Shown here piece by piece: positions 37,772-47,773 of a stretch of DNA of 64,000 bases. Source of the DNA: an uncultured virus (IMG/VR IMGVR_UViG_3300015373_000001) (Duplodnaviria > Heunggongvirae > Uroviricota > Caudoviricetes); IMG/VR virus record IMGVR_UViG_3300015373_000001, positions 1 to 64,000 of that record, one strand, 5' to 3'. The notes beneath the pieces are model-generated. The model saw only the letters and a list, made by a program, of their open reading frames with translations, was not told the DNA's origin and searched no databases. The position numbers and the translations under genes are program-made. Each line of letters opens with the position of its first letter. The first letter of the stretch is position 1.

Positions 37772-37989
37772 TTGCCGTGCAGGCGGTCACCCGCACGGGG
37801 ATGGTTACTCGTCGTGCCAGGAACCTGGCCCGCACGGGTTCTTCTTGCAGTCAGCGCACACGCCCGGATTGGCGATGTCGTTGACCATCATGTGAACGCC
37901 GCAACAGGTGCAGTCCGCAACGCCGGATTCAGCCATATCGTCCTCCTGGTAAAGGGGTCGCTCTCCCTTTGCGATCACAGGCATTTTGC

Positions 37990-38180
37990 GGGGGAGTGGC
38001 CCTCCTGGCTGACGTCCGGACGTCTCCAGGTCAGTTCCCCCTCCGTGATGGGATTGCCTCGATTGAGGACGACCGGCCACCTCACCGGATCCCCGGCGGT
38101 TCCCGGCAGGCGACCGAAGCCGCCTACCGGACTGGAGACTCATCACGGGTGATCGGCGCGTTTTCCCGGGAACCACCCCG
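37990..38180 (-). ncRNA. Candidate double-pseudoknot structured RNA
   Basis: Two 8-bp crossing complementarities, two closed domains, C(UUCG)G tetraloop. Confidence 0.6.
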
Positions 38181-38203
38181 AAGATTGGCGCCGAACCACT
38201 GCG

Positions 38204-38275
38204 TAGCGACAGCAGGGTTCGAACCTGCGACCTTCTCGTTATGAGCGAGGCGCTCTACCACTGAGCTATGCCGCC
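38204..38275 (-). tRNA. tRNA-Met(CAT) elongator (or Ile2)
   Basis: CTCG-CTCATAA-CGAG. Confidence 0.85.
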
Positions 38276-38294
38276 AGAAATCATCGACAGACGT

Positions 38295-38519
38295 CTACGC
38301 CAGGTCATAGCCGCCACGCGGGTCGATATCGTCAATAGCGATTCCTTCGGCAAGACACAGGGCTCCGCGAGCATCTGCCATCGACGTTCGCAGATCAGCC
38401 AACGCCACCGAGTCACCGCGCTCCTTCGCCAAGCGCATGTCACCTGCCAGACTGAGCATCAGGTACTTGGGGTGAAGTTCCAACCCAAGGGGGATCTTGG
38501 TCACATGAACCTCCAGCAT
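38295..38519 (-). CDS. Small hypothetical protein
   Basis: 74-aa ORF between tRNAs. Confidence 0.45.
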   Translation of the reverse strand: MLEVHVTKIPLGLELHPKYLMLSLAGDMRLAKERGDSVALADLRTSMADARGALCLAEGIAIDDIDPRGGYDLA

Positions 38520-38650
38520 TGGGGGTGGTAAAAACGGACCCCCCGGCGAACGGGTTACCCCCGCCCTACGCGGCCCTCAGGGGCTCTCAGGTCCGCGATT
38601 TCGCATGGATCGGGGGATCCGGTCGGGACGTCCGCGAGAACGTCCCTGCG

Positions 38651-38722
38651 TGCGGATGACAGGATTCGAACCTGCGCACTCCTCGCCCCAAACGAGGTGG
38701 GCTACCACTGCCCTACATCCAC
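38651..38722 (-). tRNA. tRNA-Pro(TGG)
   Basis: CCTCG-TTTGGGG-CGAGG. Confidence 0.85.
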
Positions 38723-38799
38723 AGTGACGGGTACTTCGGGGGCTGTTTCCTCTTGCGTCGGAGCGACCAACCACGGAGCGCTCCCCGAAGTACCCGAAG

Positions 38800-38869
38800 T
38801 GGACCGGCGGGATCCGAGCCCCCGCATCCGCCCCCCGTCGGAGGCGAGTCTTCCTTAGACTGACGGCCC
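38800..38869 (-). pseudogene. Degenerate Ala-acceptor tRNA-like element
   Basis: GGGCCG/CGGTCC-A, D arm GTCT/AGAC, aberrant 9-nt T loop. Confidence 0.45.
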
Positions 38870-38909
38870 TGATGATGTTCCGATCATCTGCGGTGTGTGC
38901 GCAACACAG

Positions 38910-38982
38910 TGGACCTGAGAGGACTCGAACCTCCCGCCTACGCCCTGCCGAGGCGTCGCTCTACCTGATGAGCTACAGGCCC
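38910..38982 (-). tRNA. tRNA-Ala(GGC), C33
   Basis: G3.U70; ACGCC-TCGGCAG-GGCGT. Confidence 0.85.
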
Positions 38983-39168
38983 ATATGGGACGGGCGCCGG
39001 GTACAGCCGGTTCTCCCGGTGTGGCGATCGGCTTCTGCTTCTCGCCCGTCCAGAGGGGACTTACCCGACCCCTCGGCGGTGGGACATATCCGGTCCCTGC
39101 GGAGGCAGCCTTTCCAGTGTTTTTGAAAGGAGATTCCGGTCGGCTGCCACCCACCTGTCTTCTCCTTG

Positions 39169-39234
39169 TGGACCGGCCAGATTCGAACTGGCGACTATCC
39201 CCGCTAAGGGTTGCCACGCCAACGGCTGCGGTCC
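39169..39234 (-). pseudogene. Degenerate tRNA-like element (loop TTAGCG, possibly Ala-AGC)
   Basis: 6-bp GGACCG/CGGTCC, perfect T arm GCCAG-TTCGAAT-CTGGC. Confidence 0.5.
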
Positions 39235-39312
39235 TGGGGATCATCCACGAGGTGCTAGACCGAACGTCGGTGACTAGTACGACGCTCACGCTTGCCTCCC
39301 GGCTTCACCCTT

Positions 39313-39385
39313 GCGCACCGACGGGATTCGAACCCGCACCCTTCCCCTGGCCTTACGGGGTGCTCTCGCCATGAGCTGCGGCGCG
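39313..39385 (-). tRNA. tRNA-like, 9-nt anticodon loop centred on AGG (Pro?)
   Basis: CGCGCCG/CGGTGCG, canonical D and T arms, CCCC-GTAAGGCCA-GGGG, C73. Confidence 0.6.
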
Positions 39386-39524
39386 TCCGACGGTCAGGTG
39401 TGCAGGTGGCCTGCCTGCGTCTGCCGCCGGAAGTTGGTGGGGCCCGCAGGTGAGCGCCGTGGCGCAGGAACCCCTTCGCGTCTGACTGTGCGCCAGCGCG
39501 TCGGGCACCGTATTGGACCCCGCG

Positions 39525-39594
39525 TGGACCTGGAGAGATTCGAACTCGTCTTCCCGCACCTTGCAAGGGTGGGGCGTCCCCTGGACTCAAGCCC
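39525..39594 (-). tRNA. tRNA-Ala(TGC), weak T stem
   Basis: G3.U70; CACC-CTTGCAA-GGTG. Confidence 0.7.
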
Positions 39595-40076
39595 GTGGGG
39601 GTGGATGCCGGTCGCCGGGTGCACGAATCGTGCGCCGACCGGTAGCGGGAATCACTGACCATCTGGGGTTAGCTACCCGCCGGGCCATGGCGCCGCGTCA
39701 TCGCGGAACCTGTTGGCTTCCGGCATCCACCCGATCCCCTTGCCTCATTCGCGGCGCATGACAGTTACCGGCGGACCGGGTTGTGGGCTGTGAATGAGGT
39801 TCGGGAATTCTTTCATATGCCCCGGGATGGCGCCCGGGGCGAAGTCGGCGTGTACGGGACCGTGGGTCGCCGGAAGCGAGTCGGCGCGGTGTTGCCGCGT
39901 TCGCTTGGCCCGTGAGGCGTTTGCTTGGCGACAGGTCCGGGCTAGGGTCGCATATCCGGCGGCCCACGGAGCCCGTGCACACCTTTCTTAGGTGTCTTCT
40001 TCCACTGTTGAGTTTTCAACGCGCCCCGGCTGGGGCTCCTACCCGTACACACCCCGTGGTGGCGGTGTGGGGTGCG

Positions 40077-40148
40077 CACCGATGGCTGGATTCGAACCAG
40101 CAGTCCTCGCCTTAACAGGGCGGCGCTCTGCCATTGAGCTACATCGGT
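40077..40148 (-). tRNA. tRNA-Asn(GTT)
   Basis: CGCC-CTGTTAA-GGCG; G73. Confidence 0.9.
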
Positions 40149-40386
40149 ATGGAGTTTGGGGCCGGGGCGGTGGTGAAGCCGCCCCGGGATTCAGGTTCCC
40201 GGTCGGGCGGCTTCGGTGTCATCCGGTTTTCCGGATTTACACGTCTGCCACCCGTTCGGAGGCGAAGCCCGTGTCGGGGTGCACCAGGCGCGTGTGGCTC
40301 TGGGTCCCGGTGTTCGGGTCTGTGGCCTGTCGGTTGGTCACCTGCTGTGCACCTCCTGCCGTGTTCTTCGTTCTTTCGATAACCCA

Positions 40387-40416
40387 AAGGTACAGTCATC
40401 TAGCACGAGACGTCAA
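40387..40416 (-). promoter_or_regulatory. Promoter at head of tRNA array
   Basis: TTGACG-18nt (contains GCTAGATG)-TACCTT. Confidence 0.75.
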
Positions 40417-40457
40417 GAGGTATTTCTGGTTTCTTTTGTATAGACAAGAACCGCAGG

Positions 40458-41930
40458 TCAGGCCGCTGCCAGGCCCTCCTCCGGCTCGCCCTCGGCCAGG
40501 ACGGATCCGGCGGGCAGCGTCTCCTGCTCCGGCGGAGACGGCGGGGAGACCATGTCGGCGAGGCGGCCGACCGTGGCGGCGGCGGCCACCGGGTCGGCAC
40601 GCAGCAGCAGCCCGGCCAGTTCGCCGACCACCTGCGCAACCATGGCGGGGGGTAGGAGGTAGAGGGCGCGGACCCGGTCGGTGGTGTCGTCCACCACGCC
40701 GCCGACGGCGTAGGCGATAGTGATCTCTCCGGCGACGGGGTGTTCGATGAGGCATCCGTCGGTGCCAGTGACGACGATGCCGTAGCGGGTGTCCACCTTG
40801 CGGCCGTTGTCGTCGTGGGTCATGGCCTGTCCGGAGATACTGCCGGGCAGGAACCGGGGGTTGGTGGTTTCCATCATGTGGTGCTCCCAGGGGTCGCTCT
40901 TACCCGTTGAAGATTGGCCGCATCATGACACAGGGGTGCGGCGGGCGGTAGCGAGGCGGTAACGGGGCGTTTACGGGACATTGCCGGGCAGAACATCAGA
41001 ATCGATGATCAGGGTGACGCCGAACAGCTTCGCCCACGCCATCCCCGGTCGGGGAGAAACGGCCAGGTTGAACCGGGTCGTACGGGGCTGCGCCCCGGCC
41101 GGGGTCTCCATGAACATCTCCCATGCTTCACCCTGGGCACAATCCAGCAACAAAAAAGCTTCACCCGACGTGATCAGCATGGCGGCGCGCACCGTTGCGG
41201 TATCCAGCCCACCCGACTGCAACGCCATGGCGAAGGCGTAGACCCGCTGGATCAGCTCACGGGCACCCGGCGGCAGCGACGCGGTCATGACGGCCAGCAT
41301 GGGAGGAGCGAGGCGCTTACGTCTCGCCCTGACCGGCGGCCGATACGCTAAATAACGGCTACCATGGGCCCGTCACTTGCCGCCCTTTGCATGGGGTGGC
41401 TGGTGGTCGGAGATATCCCTCTTGGGAGTCGGCGGACCCACCTTGCCCCGCAGGCGCCCGCGATGAGGGAGGCGGCACATCGAGGGCCTGACGGCGGCCA
41501 AAGAGTCGCGCACCCCTTCGGCGTAAGACCTACCCGTTGAGCCCAGCTCCGGGGGGCGGTCGAGGATCGCGCGGACCGCGCTGTCAGATCACCCTCGATG
41601 TTGTCGTTTTCAGGCGGCCACACGTACCCGGCGGCTGGTGTTCAGTCGTCCGGCGGCGTGCAGTCTCTCCACGACCACCCGCGCCCGGTCCCGGTCGGTG
41701 ACGCGGTCGGTCCACATGTCGGCGAGTGCCTGAGTTCCCATCTCGACGCAGGCGTCAATACCGGCGCGGTCGGCGGGGTCGATGGCGGCCGGACGCACCG
41801 CCTCGTTAATGTGCCGCAGAGTGGGCCCGATGCCGGTAATCGGGGTCGGGCACTTCAGGCACTCACGGTAGCCGTCTTCGTTCCGCCATTCGACGGCCTG
41901 GTGGTCGTAGGGCTTCACCACGGTCATCAC
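40458..41930 (-). other. Hypothetical genes 40458-40877, 40971-41300, 41610-41930
   Basis: ORFs with plausible composition. Confidence 0.55.
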
Positions 41931-42026
41931 CCCTCTGACCTGATCATACCCAGATGTCGTTGCACACGCACTTAGTTTCCAAGTGGGGTAATCTTCGCTC
42001 CCCTGCGGCGGAACCAGGCGGCGGCC

Positions 42027-42326
42027 TCACCCCTTGCCGGACCGGTTCTTCGCCGCCAGGACGCGAGACAGACCCTGCACGGTGAGCCGGTACCGGCGGC
42101 GGGGGAGTATCTCCTCCCCATACTGGTCGATCTCTGTCATCTCCCAGTGGGAGTTGATCCAGTCGGAGCGTTCCAGCCTGGCCAGATCGGGATACAGGTT
42201 GCCCGACCACGACAGGTTCAGCGCGTGGTAGAGGTCGATCCCCGTCATCCCCCCATCGGGCCCGTTGAACAGGGCGACCAGGATCGCCACCTGTCGCTTG
42301 ACCCGCCGCTTCCTCCCGAACATCAC
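42027..42326 (-). CDS. PadR-like winged-helix regulator
   Basis: SGNLYPDLARLERSDWINSHWE...PRRRYRLTVQG. Confidence 0.75.
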   Translation of the reverse strand: MMFGRKRRVKRQVAILVALFNGPDGGMTGIDLYHALNLSWSGNLYPDLARLERSDWINSHWEMTEIDQYGEEILPRRRYRLTVQGLSRVLAAKNRSGKG

Positions 42327-43448
42327 GCGGACTCCTTCAGGGCCTTGTCGTACTCGATCAGGGCGGCGGCCAGGGCCGACTGGTGGATGTCGGTGTAGAA
42401 CGCCTGCCAGGATTCGCCGAACTCGTGTTGGGCCCATGAGCGGACGATATGGAAGGCGGCCCAGGCGCGCGCCTCCGGGCCGTCCTGGTCGGTGTGGACC
42501 TGGCCGCGCCGTTCCTGCATGGCGGCCAGCGCCGGTCCGCCGAGGAGGCGGGCGCATTCGGTGCAGTTGAGTCCGGCGGGGTGGTTGACGCTGCGGCAGG
42601 GCCGCAGCCCCTTCTCATCTTCGGGGTGCGCCGGTGTGGGGTGGCCGCACATGGTGCAGTGGGTGAACTCCGTGTCCGTGTCGCTCATACGGACCTCCTC
42701 ATGTGTTGGTGTTACGGCGTTTGGGTGATCTTCTTCTCTGCTTGCCGCAGGCACGTCTTACAGGTGCGTGAATCCCGGGGCCAGTCAATCTTGCGGTAGT
42801 CGCGGTCGGTGGGCAGCCAAACCTGGCGCCCACACAACGCCCTGTAGGGAACCTTGTAACCTTCGAACCGGGCAGGCCGGGGGCTGCCTGCGGTGGTGGA
42901 GCCCTGCGGCACGGCATGGTCTGTGAATCCGACGCCGAAGTCCCGCCCCACCCAGAAGGTGGCCGGGGCGGCTGGGCGGCCGTTGCCGGTCATGGCGTTT
43001 CCGGGGTTTGCCGGTCGATGGCATGCCGTGCTGCGTCGGCGGCCATGGCGAGCATGGCCAGGAACAGTTTGGCCAGCCTGTCAGACTCCTCCTGCCAGTA
43101 GGGCTTCAGGATGGCGGCCATCATCTGGTGGTCGTCGTTCTTGTAGCAAGTGACCAACCTGATGACGTCGCGCCCTTCCGGTGACATGGTGGTCTGGTCA
43201 AGGGTGACGGGCTGCCCGGTGGTGACGTCGATGATTTCGACGTACCAGAAGTCTCCGCCAGATGGGCCGTCGCTCATCTGGTCGGCTATGAGGTGGGCCC
43301 AGGCGCACATGGCGCCGTGGACGGCCCTAATGCCATGTTCGACGATCAGTGAGGTTGCGGTGGCGGCCATTTCGCGGTCGCCTGCGAGGGCGGCGATGAG
43401 GGCCGTCTTGACGGCTTCGCCCACCTCGGGTGGCATGGTCTTGGACAT
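42323..43448 (-). other. Three hypothetical genes (42323-42688, 42712-42993, 42990-43448)
   Basis: Tiled ORFs downstream of dnaB. Confidence 0.55.
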
Positions 43449-43457
43449 TGGTGGTCC

Positions 43458-44813
43458 CTAGGAGTTGTGGGGCTGGGCCATATCGACGAATCTGCTGTAG
43501 TGGCCCTGGAAGGCGACGGTGATCGTCGTTGTGGGGCCATTGCGGTGTTTCGCGACAATAAAGTCCGCTTCGCCTGCGCGGGGGCTTTCCTTTGTGTAGG
43601 CGTCTTCGCGGTGCAGCAGGAGAACCATGTCCGCATCCTGCTCTATCGATCCGCTTTCACGTAGATGGACCAATTCAGGGCGTTTGTCGGCTTTCTGCTC
43701 CGGGCCCCGGTTCAGCTGCGACATCGCCACCACGGGAATCTCCAGCTCCTTGGCCAGCAGCTTGATCGACCGGGAGATCTCCGACACCTCATTCTGCCGA
43801 TTCTCCGACCGGCTGCTGCCCGACGACATCAACTGCATGTAGTCGATGACGACGAACCGCAGGTCGTGCCGCTCCTTCAACCGGCGGGCCTTGGCCCGGA
43901 TCTGCATCATGTTCTGATTGGCGGTGTCGTCGATGAACAGCGGCGCCTCGGTGATGGCGGCCATCCGCTTGGCCATGCGGGTCCAGTCGTCTTCGCCGAG
44001 TGTGCCGCTTCGGATGCCGTGCAGGACGACGCGCGCCTCGGCGGCCAGCAGGCGTTGCACGATCTCCAGCCGGGACATTTCCAGGCTGAAGATGGCGGTG
44101 GTCAAACCATGCTTGATGGCGGCATTTCGGGCGAAGTCGAGTCCGAGGGTCGATTTGCCGATGGCGGGCCTGGCCGCCACGACGATCATCTGCTGTGGGT
44201 GGAGTCCCCCGGTGAGCCGGTCCAGATCCTCGAAACCGGTCGGGATGCCGACCAGCTCGCCGCCCCGGCCGCCCGCCGCCTCGATCTCGTCCAGGGCGCC
44301 CGGCATGATGTCGGACAGCGGGGCGTAGTCGTCGCTGGGCCGCAGCCCTGGCACCTTGCCCAGCTCCGCCTGGGCCCGCTCCAGAACCGCGTCAGCGCTT
44401 TCCCCAGCCGGGTTCCGCGCCCAGCTCTGCACCCGGATCGTTGCTTCCAGCAGGCGGCGCAGCACCGCCTGCTCACGCACGATCTTGGCGTAGTGGGAGG
44501 CGTTGACAGCCGTCGGCGTCACCGCCGTCAGCTCATGCAGATACAGCGGCCCGCCGACGCGACCCCCTTCCCCGTTGTTCTGCAGCACGCTGTAGACGGT
44601 GACGGTGTCGGCCGGTTTGCCCTTGCCGAACAAGTCCACGACCACGTCGTAGATCATCTGGTGGGCTGGGCGGTAGAAGTCGTCCGCCTTCACCACCTCC
44701 ACCACGTCGGAGATGGCGTCGCGGGACATCAGCATGGCGCCCAGCACCGACTGCTCCGCTTCGATGTTGTGCGGCGGAGGCGTCTCGAAATCCGCCTCCA
44801 GCATGTCGGTCAC
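43458..44813 (-). CDS. dnaB: Replicative DNA helicase DnaB
   Basis: PPHNIEAEQSVLG, AARPAIGKST, FSLEMS, IDYMQLM, SQLNR, LRESGSIEQDAD, KHRNGPT. Confidence 0.97.
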   Translation of the reverse strand: MTDMLEADFETPPPHNIEAEQSVLGAMLMSRDAISDVVEVVKADDFYRPAHQMIYDVVVDLFGKGKPADTVTVYSVLQNNGEGGRVGGPLYLHELTAVTPTAVNASHYAKIVREQAVLRRLLEATIRVQSWARNPAGESADAVLERAQAELGKVPGLRPSDDYAPLSDIMPGALDEIEAAGGRGGELVGIPTGFEDLDRLTGGLHPQQMIVVAARPAIGKSTLGLDFARNAAIKHGLTTAIFSLEMSRLEIVQRLLAAEARVVLHGIRSGTLGEDDWTRMAKRMAAITEAPLFIDDTANQNMMQIRAKARRLKERHDLRFVVIDYMQLMSSGSSRSENRQNEVSEISRSIKLLAKELEIPVVAMSQLNRGPEQKADKRPELVHLRESGSIEQDADMVLLLHREDAYTKESPRAGEADFIVAKHRNGPTTTITVAFQGHYSRFVDMAQPHNS

Positions 44814-45868
44814 GCAGCCTCCAGTTTCGGCTTGCCGTCCAGGGACGTCCACAGGCGGGCGTCCATCATGCCCAGCTCTACGCAGAAGGGGTGCGGGTCA
44901 GCCAGTTCACCGGCTTGCCGCCACCGCTCCACCACGTCCAGGATCTGGGCGATGCGCTCCTCCTGGCCGGGCTTCGGGCCGTGGGCTTTGCCGCCGTCCC
45001 AGGCCAGGCCGAGCGCCTTGCGGGCCCGCCTGATCGTATGGTCCTCGACGGCGGGCGTCGTCAGGCGCAACTGCTTGGCTATCTCGCCCAGGCTCATGTT
45101 GTACTGGACCGCCATCCGGGCCACCTGCATGTGCAGCAGCGCTTCCCGGTCGCGGCGGGCCCAACGCTCCTCGATCTTCTCGTTGCGGATGTCGCCCTCC
45201 CACAGCAGCCCGTCTGGGGCGTAGTCGTCGGGAGTGCGGAACCCGTACCGGCGGGCCAGGTCCTTGGCGCGGATGTGGTGGATGCCGGTGTAGGGGATCG
45301 CGCACATCTGGTCAAAGAAGGCGTTGACGTCGTCAAGCATGTCGCGGGCGACGCGACGACGATGTCCCGTAACGATCTGGAGGATGGTGGTGTAGCCGTA
45401 TCCGAGGCGGGAGCCCTGCACGGCGGCGGGCCAGCCATTGGCGCACAGCGAACCCAGCTTCCACCTGATGAGACGGGCGGGGACGCTCGTCGTAGATGCC
45501 GCGATCAGGTCGTCTTCGGTGATGGCCGCGATGCGGCGTCCGGTACTGACGAGGACAGAGTCCACCTGCCCGTTGAGGATCTTTTCGAGGCCATGGCGGG
45601 ACAGTCCAGCTGCGCGAGCCACAGGCTGGTGCACCCACTCTTTGTCGTCGATCCAGGTCCGCAGGATGGTGCGAAGTTCGGATACGCGGTAGCGGCGCGG
45701 AACTCCTTGACGGACCTTCTGCCGACGTTCGGCGTCGGCAAGGCGGATGATCTCCGAACACGTGGAGGCTCCGGGGCAAGGGTAGGTGGCCCGGCATCCG
45801 GCCCGGTAGCCGAGTGCGGTGCCGTGCGGGAAGTCGGGGTCGTTGGGGTCACGCGGACGTGCGGGCAT
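44810..45868 (-). CDS. Hypothetical multi-HTH DNA-binding protein
   Basis: HGT..GY..GCR start; VARAAGLSRHGLEKILNG and SLGEIAKQL HTH-like segments. Confidence 0.65.
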   Translation of the reverse strand: MPARPRDPNDPDFPHGTALGYRAGCRATYPCPGASTCSEIIRLADAERRQKVRQGVPRRYRVSELRTILRTWIDDKEWVHQPVARAAGLSRHGLEKILNGQVDSVLVSTGRRIAAITEDDLIAASTTSVPARLIRWKLGSLCANGWPAAVQGSRLGYGYTTILQIVTGHRRRVARDMLDDVNAFFDQMCAIPYTGIHHIRAKDLARRYGFRTPDDYAPDGLLWEGDIRNEKIEERWARRDREALLHMQVARMAVQYNMSLGEIAKQLRLTTPAVEDHTIRRARKALGLAWDGGKAHGPKPGQEERIAQILDVVERWRQAGELADPHPFCVELGMMDARLWTSLDGKPKLEAA

Positions 45869-46568
45869 GCAGCATCACTCCTTGAGGGTGGACCCGGTCG
45901 CTCACGGGTACACTCATTTAGTATGACCGCTCGTTGCGGAATCTGGCAAGGACGTCAGCCTCCATCGCTGCCGCGTTCGCTCTCATGACCTGCACCAACG
46001 CTTCACAGATCTCGCGTGCCTGACGCCGGGTGAAGGCGTGGCCTTCCTCGTCTGAACGGGCGGCGTCCCACCTCTGCACCACCCCCGTAGCGTCCCTGAT
46101 TTCGACGCTGGGGCGGGTCAGGCGGATGGCGTGCCGGTGGATACGGAAGGGCCGGGATGGGCGCCACCGGGTGCGTTCCAGGGCCGCAGACAGGGCGTCG
46201 TGGAGGTCGTACGGGTTCAGGATCGCTCCTCCTCTTCTGCGGTCAGTGGGCCGGTCGGGTGCGCCTCCGCCGTAGTGGCTTCATCGGAGCAGGCCCAGAC
46301 GGCGAGCATCGCCGGGAGGGTGGAGTCGTAGGAGTTGACGCCCACCACGTCGCCGGTGGGACGCAGGCGGCACACGACGGCCAGGGCTGGGGCGTAGAGC
46401 AGGTCGGCGAACGCCGCCACCACGATGTCGATGGCGGCGTTCGACGGCATTTCGGGCATGGGTATAGCAGGGCTCACAGGGGGTCTCCAAAGGTATGCCC
46501 GGGTCGCTCTACCGGGCCGGTCGGACCCCTCAATTCTACAATCATTTAGCGGATCGGGTGTGGCTTTG

Positions 46569-47285
46569 TCATATCGGCACACCCCAGCCCTGAAACAGCG
46601 TCGCCGTGTAGGTGAGCCGGACCTGCCCCGCCCGTCCGGCAGCGCCCGCCAAGGTGCCCGAGTTGGTGCCGCCCGCCCCGCCACCACCACCGCCAGGGCC
46701 GGATGCTGGAGTTGTCGCGTTGTTGGACCCCTGAGTGCCGCCGGTACCACCAGGCCCACCGCCGGTGACTGCCGTCGCACCCGCGCCTCCGGCGCCGCTG
46801 CTCGTTGACGCGTTACTCCCCGCGTTGCCAACGGCGGCGGTACCAGCGGAACCTCCTCCACCTCCACCGCCGCCCCAGGAGGAGTTGCCCGCACCGCCCG
46901 CACCGCCGTTGAAATGCGTGCCTGTCGCCGTGCCGGTGCCGCCTGCACCGCCCGCACCCGCCGCAGCGGAAGCGCCTCCGCTGCCGCCGTGTCCCGTCAC
47001 CGTGACGGACGTGCCCGTGAAAGTCGAGCTCCCTCCGGAGCCGCCGGTCGCCTGGGCTACGCCGGTGCCGCCCGCACCGACCGTGTAGGAGTAGCCGGTG
47101 CCGGGCGAGACCGCCACGCCGGTCACCTTGGCGTACTCGCCGCCGCCGCCTCCTCCGCCGTTCTTGGACGTGGACGCGCCACCGCCCGCGCCGCCGCCGC
47201 CCCAGCATTCGACGTCAACGCTGGTGACCCCGGATGGGCAGGTCCACGTAGATGTGCCCGCCGTGGTGAACGTGTCGGTCGCCAT
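46569..47285 (-). CDS. Glycine-rich virion/tail protein
   Basis: WTCPSGVTSVDVECWGGGGAGG. Confidence 0.8.
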   Translation of the reverse strand: MATDTFTTAGTSTWTCPSGVTSVDVECWGGGGAGGGASTSKNGGGGGGGEYAKVTGVAVSPGTGYSYTVGAGGTGVAQATGGSGGSSTFTGTSVTVTGHGGSGGASAAAGAGGAGGTGTATGTHFNGGAGGAGNSSWGGGGGGGGSAGTAAVGNAGSNASTSSGAGGAGATAVTGGGPGGTGGTQGSNNATTPASGPGGGGGGAGGTNSGTLAGAAGRAGQVRLTYTATLFQGWGVPI

Positions 47286-47773
47286 CAGCAGAGAATCTGC
47301 ACTACTAGGTCCGCCCCGGCCACGGTGCTCCCAATTTGATCTATGTCCACGGTGAAGTAGGCCCCATCGGCGATCGTCGTCGTGTTCATGTTCGTGACCT
47401 TGCCGGAGGTGTTTCCGCTGATCGCGATCGTCGGCCGGTTGCCCTGCGTAGAGAAGATCGTGGTGCCGTTGACGTTGATGTCCACGATGATCGCGGCGCC
47501 CGTGGGGGCCGTGCCGACACTCGCGCGTACGCCCTTGATGTCGAGGGTGGCGGTGGTGTCGTTGTAGATCCGGAACGTCCCGGCGCCCGTGGTCAGAGTG
47601 CCAGCGCGGGAGAACGGGAACAGAATCCCCGCCTCGACAAGGTGTTCCGCACCTGCACTGTTACGCGTCCACAGCACCGCATTGGGCCTGGCGAATACGG
47701 CGCACCATCCGGACGGCGGATTGCCCGGACTGGCTTGCTCCGGCAGCGCCACCGCGCTCGCGAACTTCGGCAT
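47285..47773 (-). CDS. Putative minor tail/structural protein
   Basis: RASVGTAPTGAAIIVDIN...VDIDQIGSTVAGADL. Confidence 0.7.
   Translation of the reverse strand: MPKFASAVALPEQASPGNPPSGWCAVFARPNAVLWTRNSAGAEHLVEAGILFPFSRAGTLTTGAGTFRIYNDTTATLDIKGVRASVGTAPTGAAIIVDINVNGTTIFSTQGNRPTIAISGNTSGKVTNMNTTTIADGAYFTVDIDQIGSTVAGADLVVQILC

Noticed and set aside
26700..40150. GOLLD/ROOL RNA often found in tRNA arrays
   Set aside because: No long uninterrupted noncoding stretch or consensus I could recognise; needs cmscan
43458..44813. Intein in DnaB or terminase
   Set aside because: Normal lengths and no splice motifs
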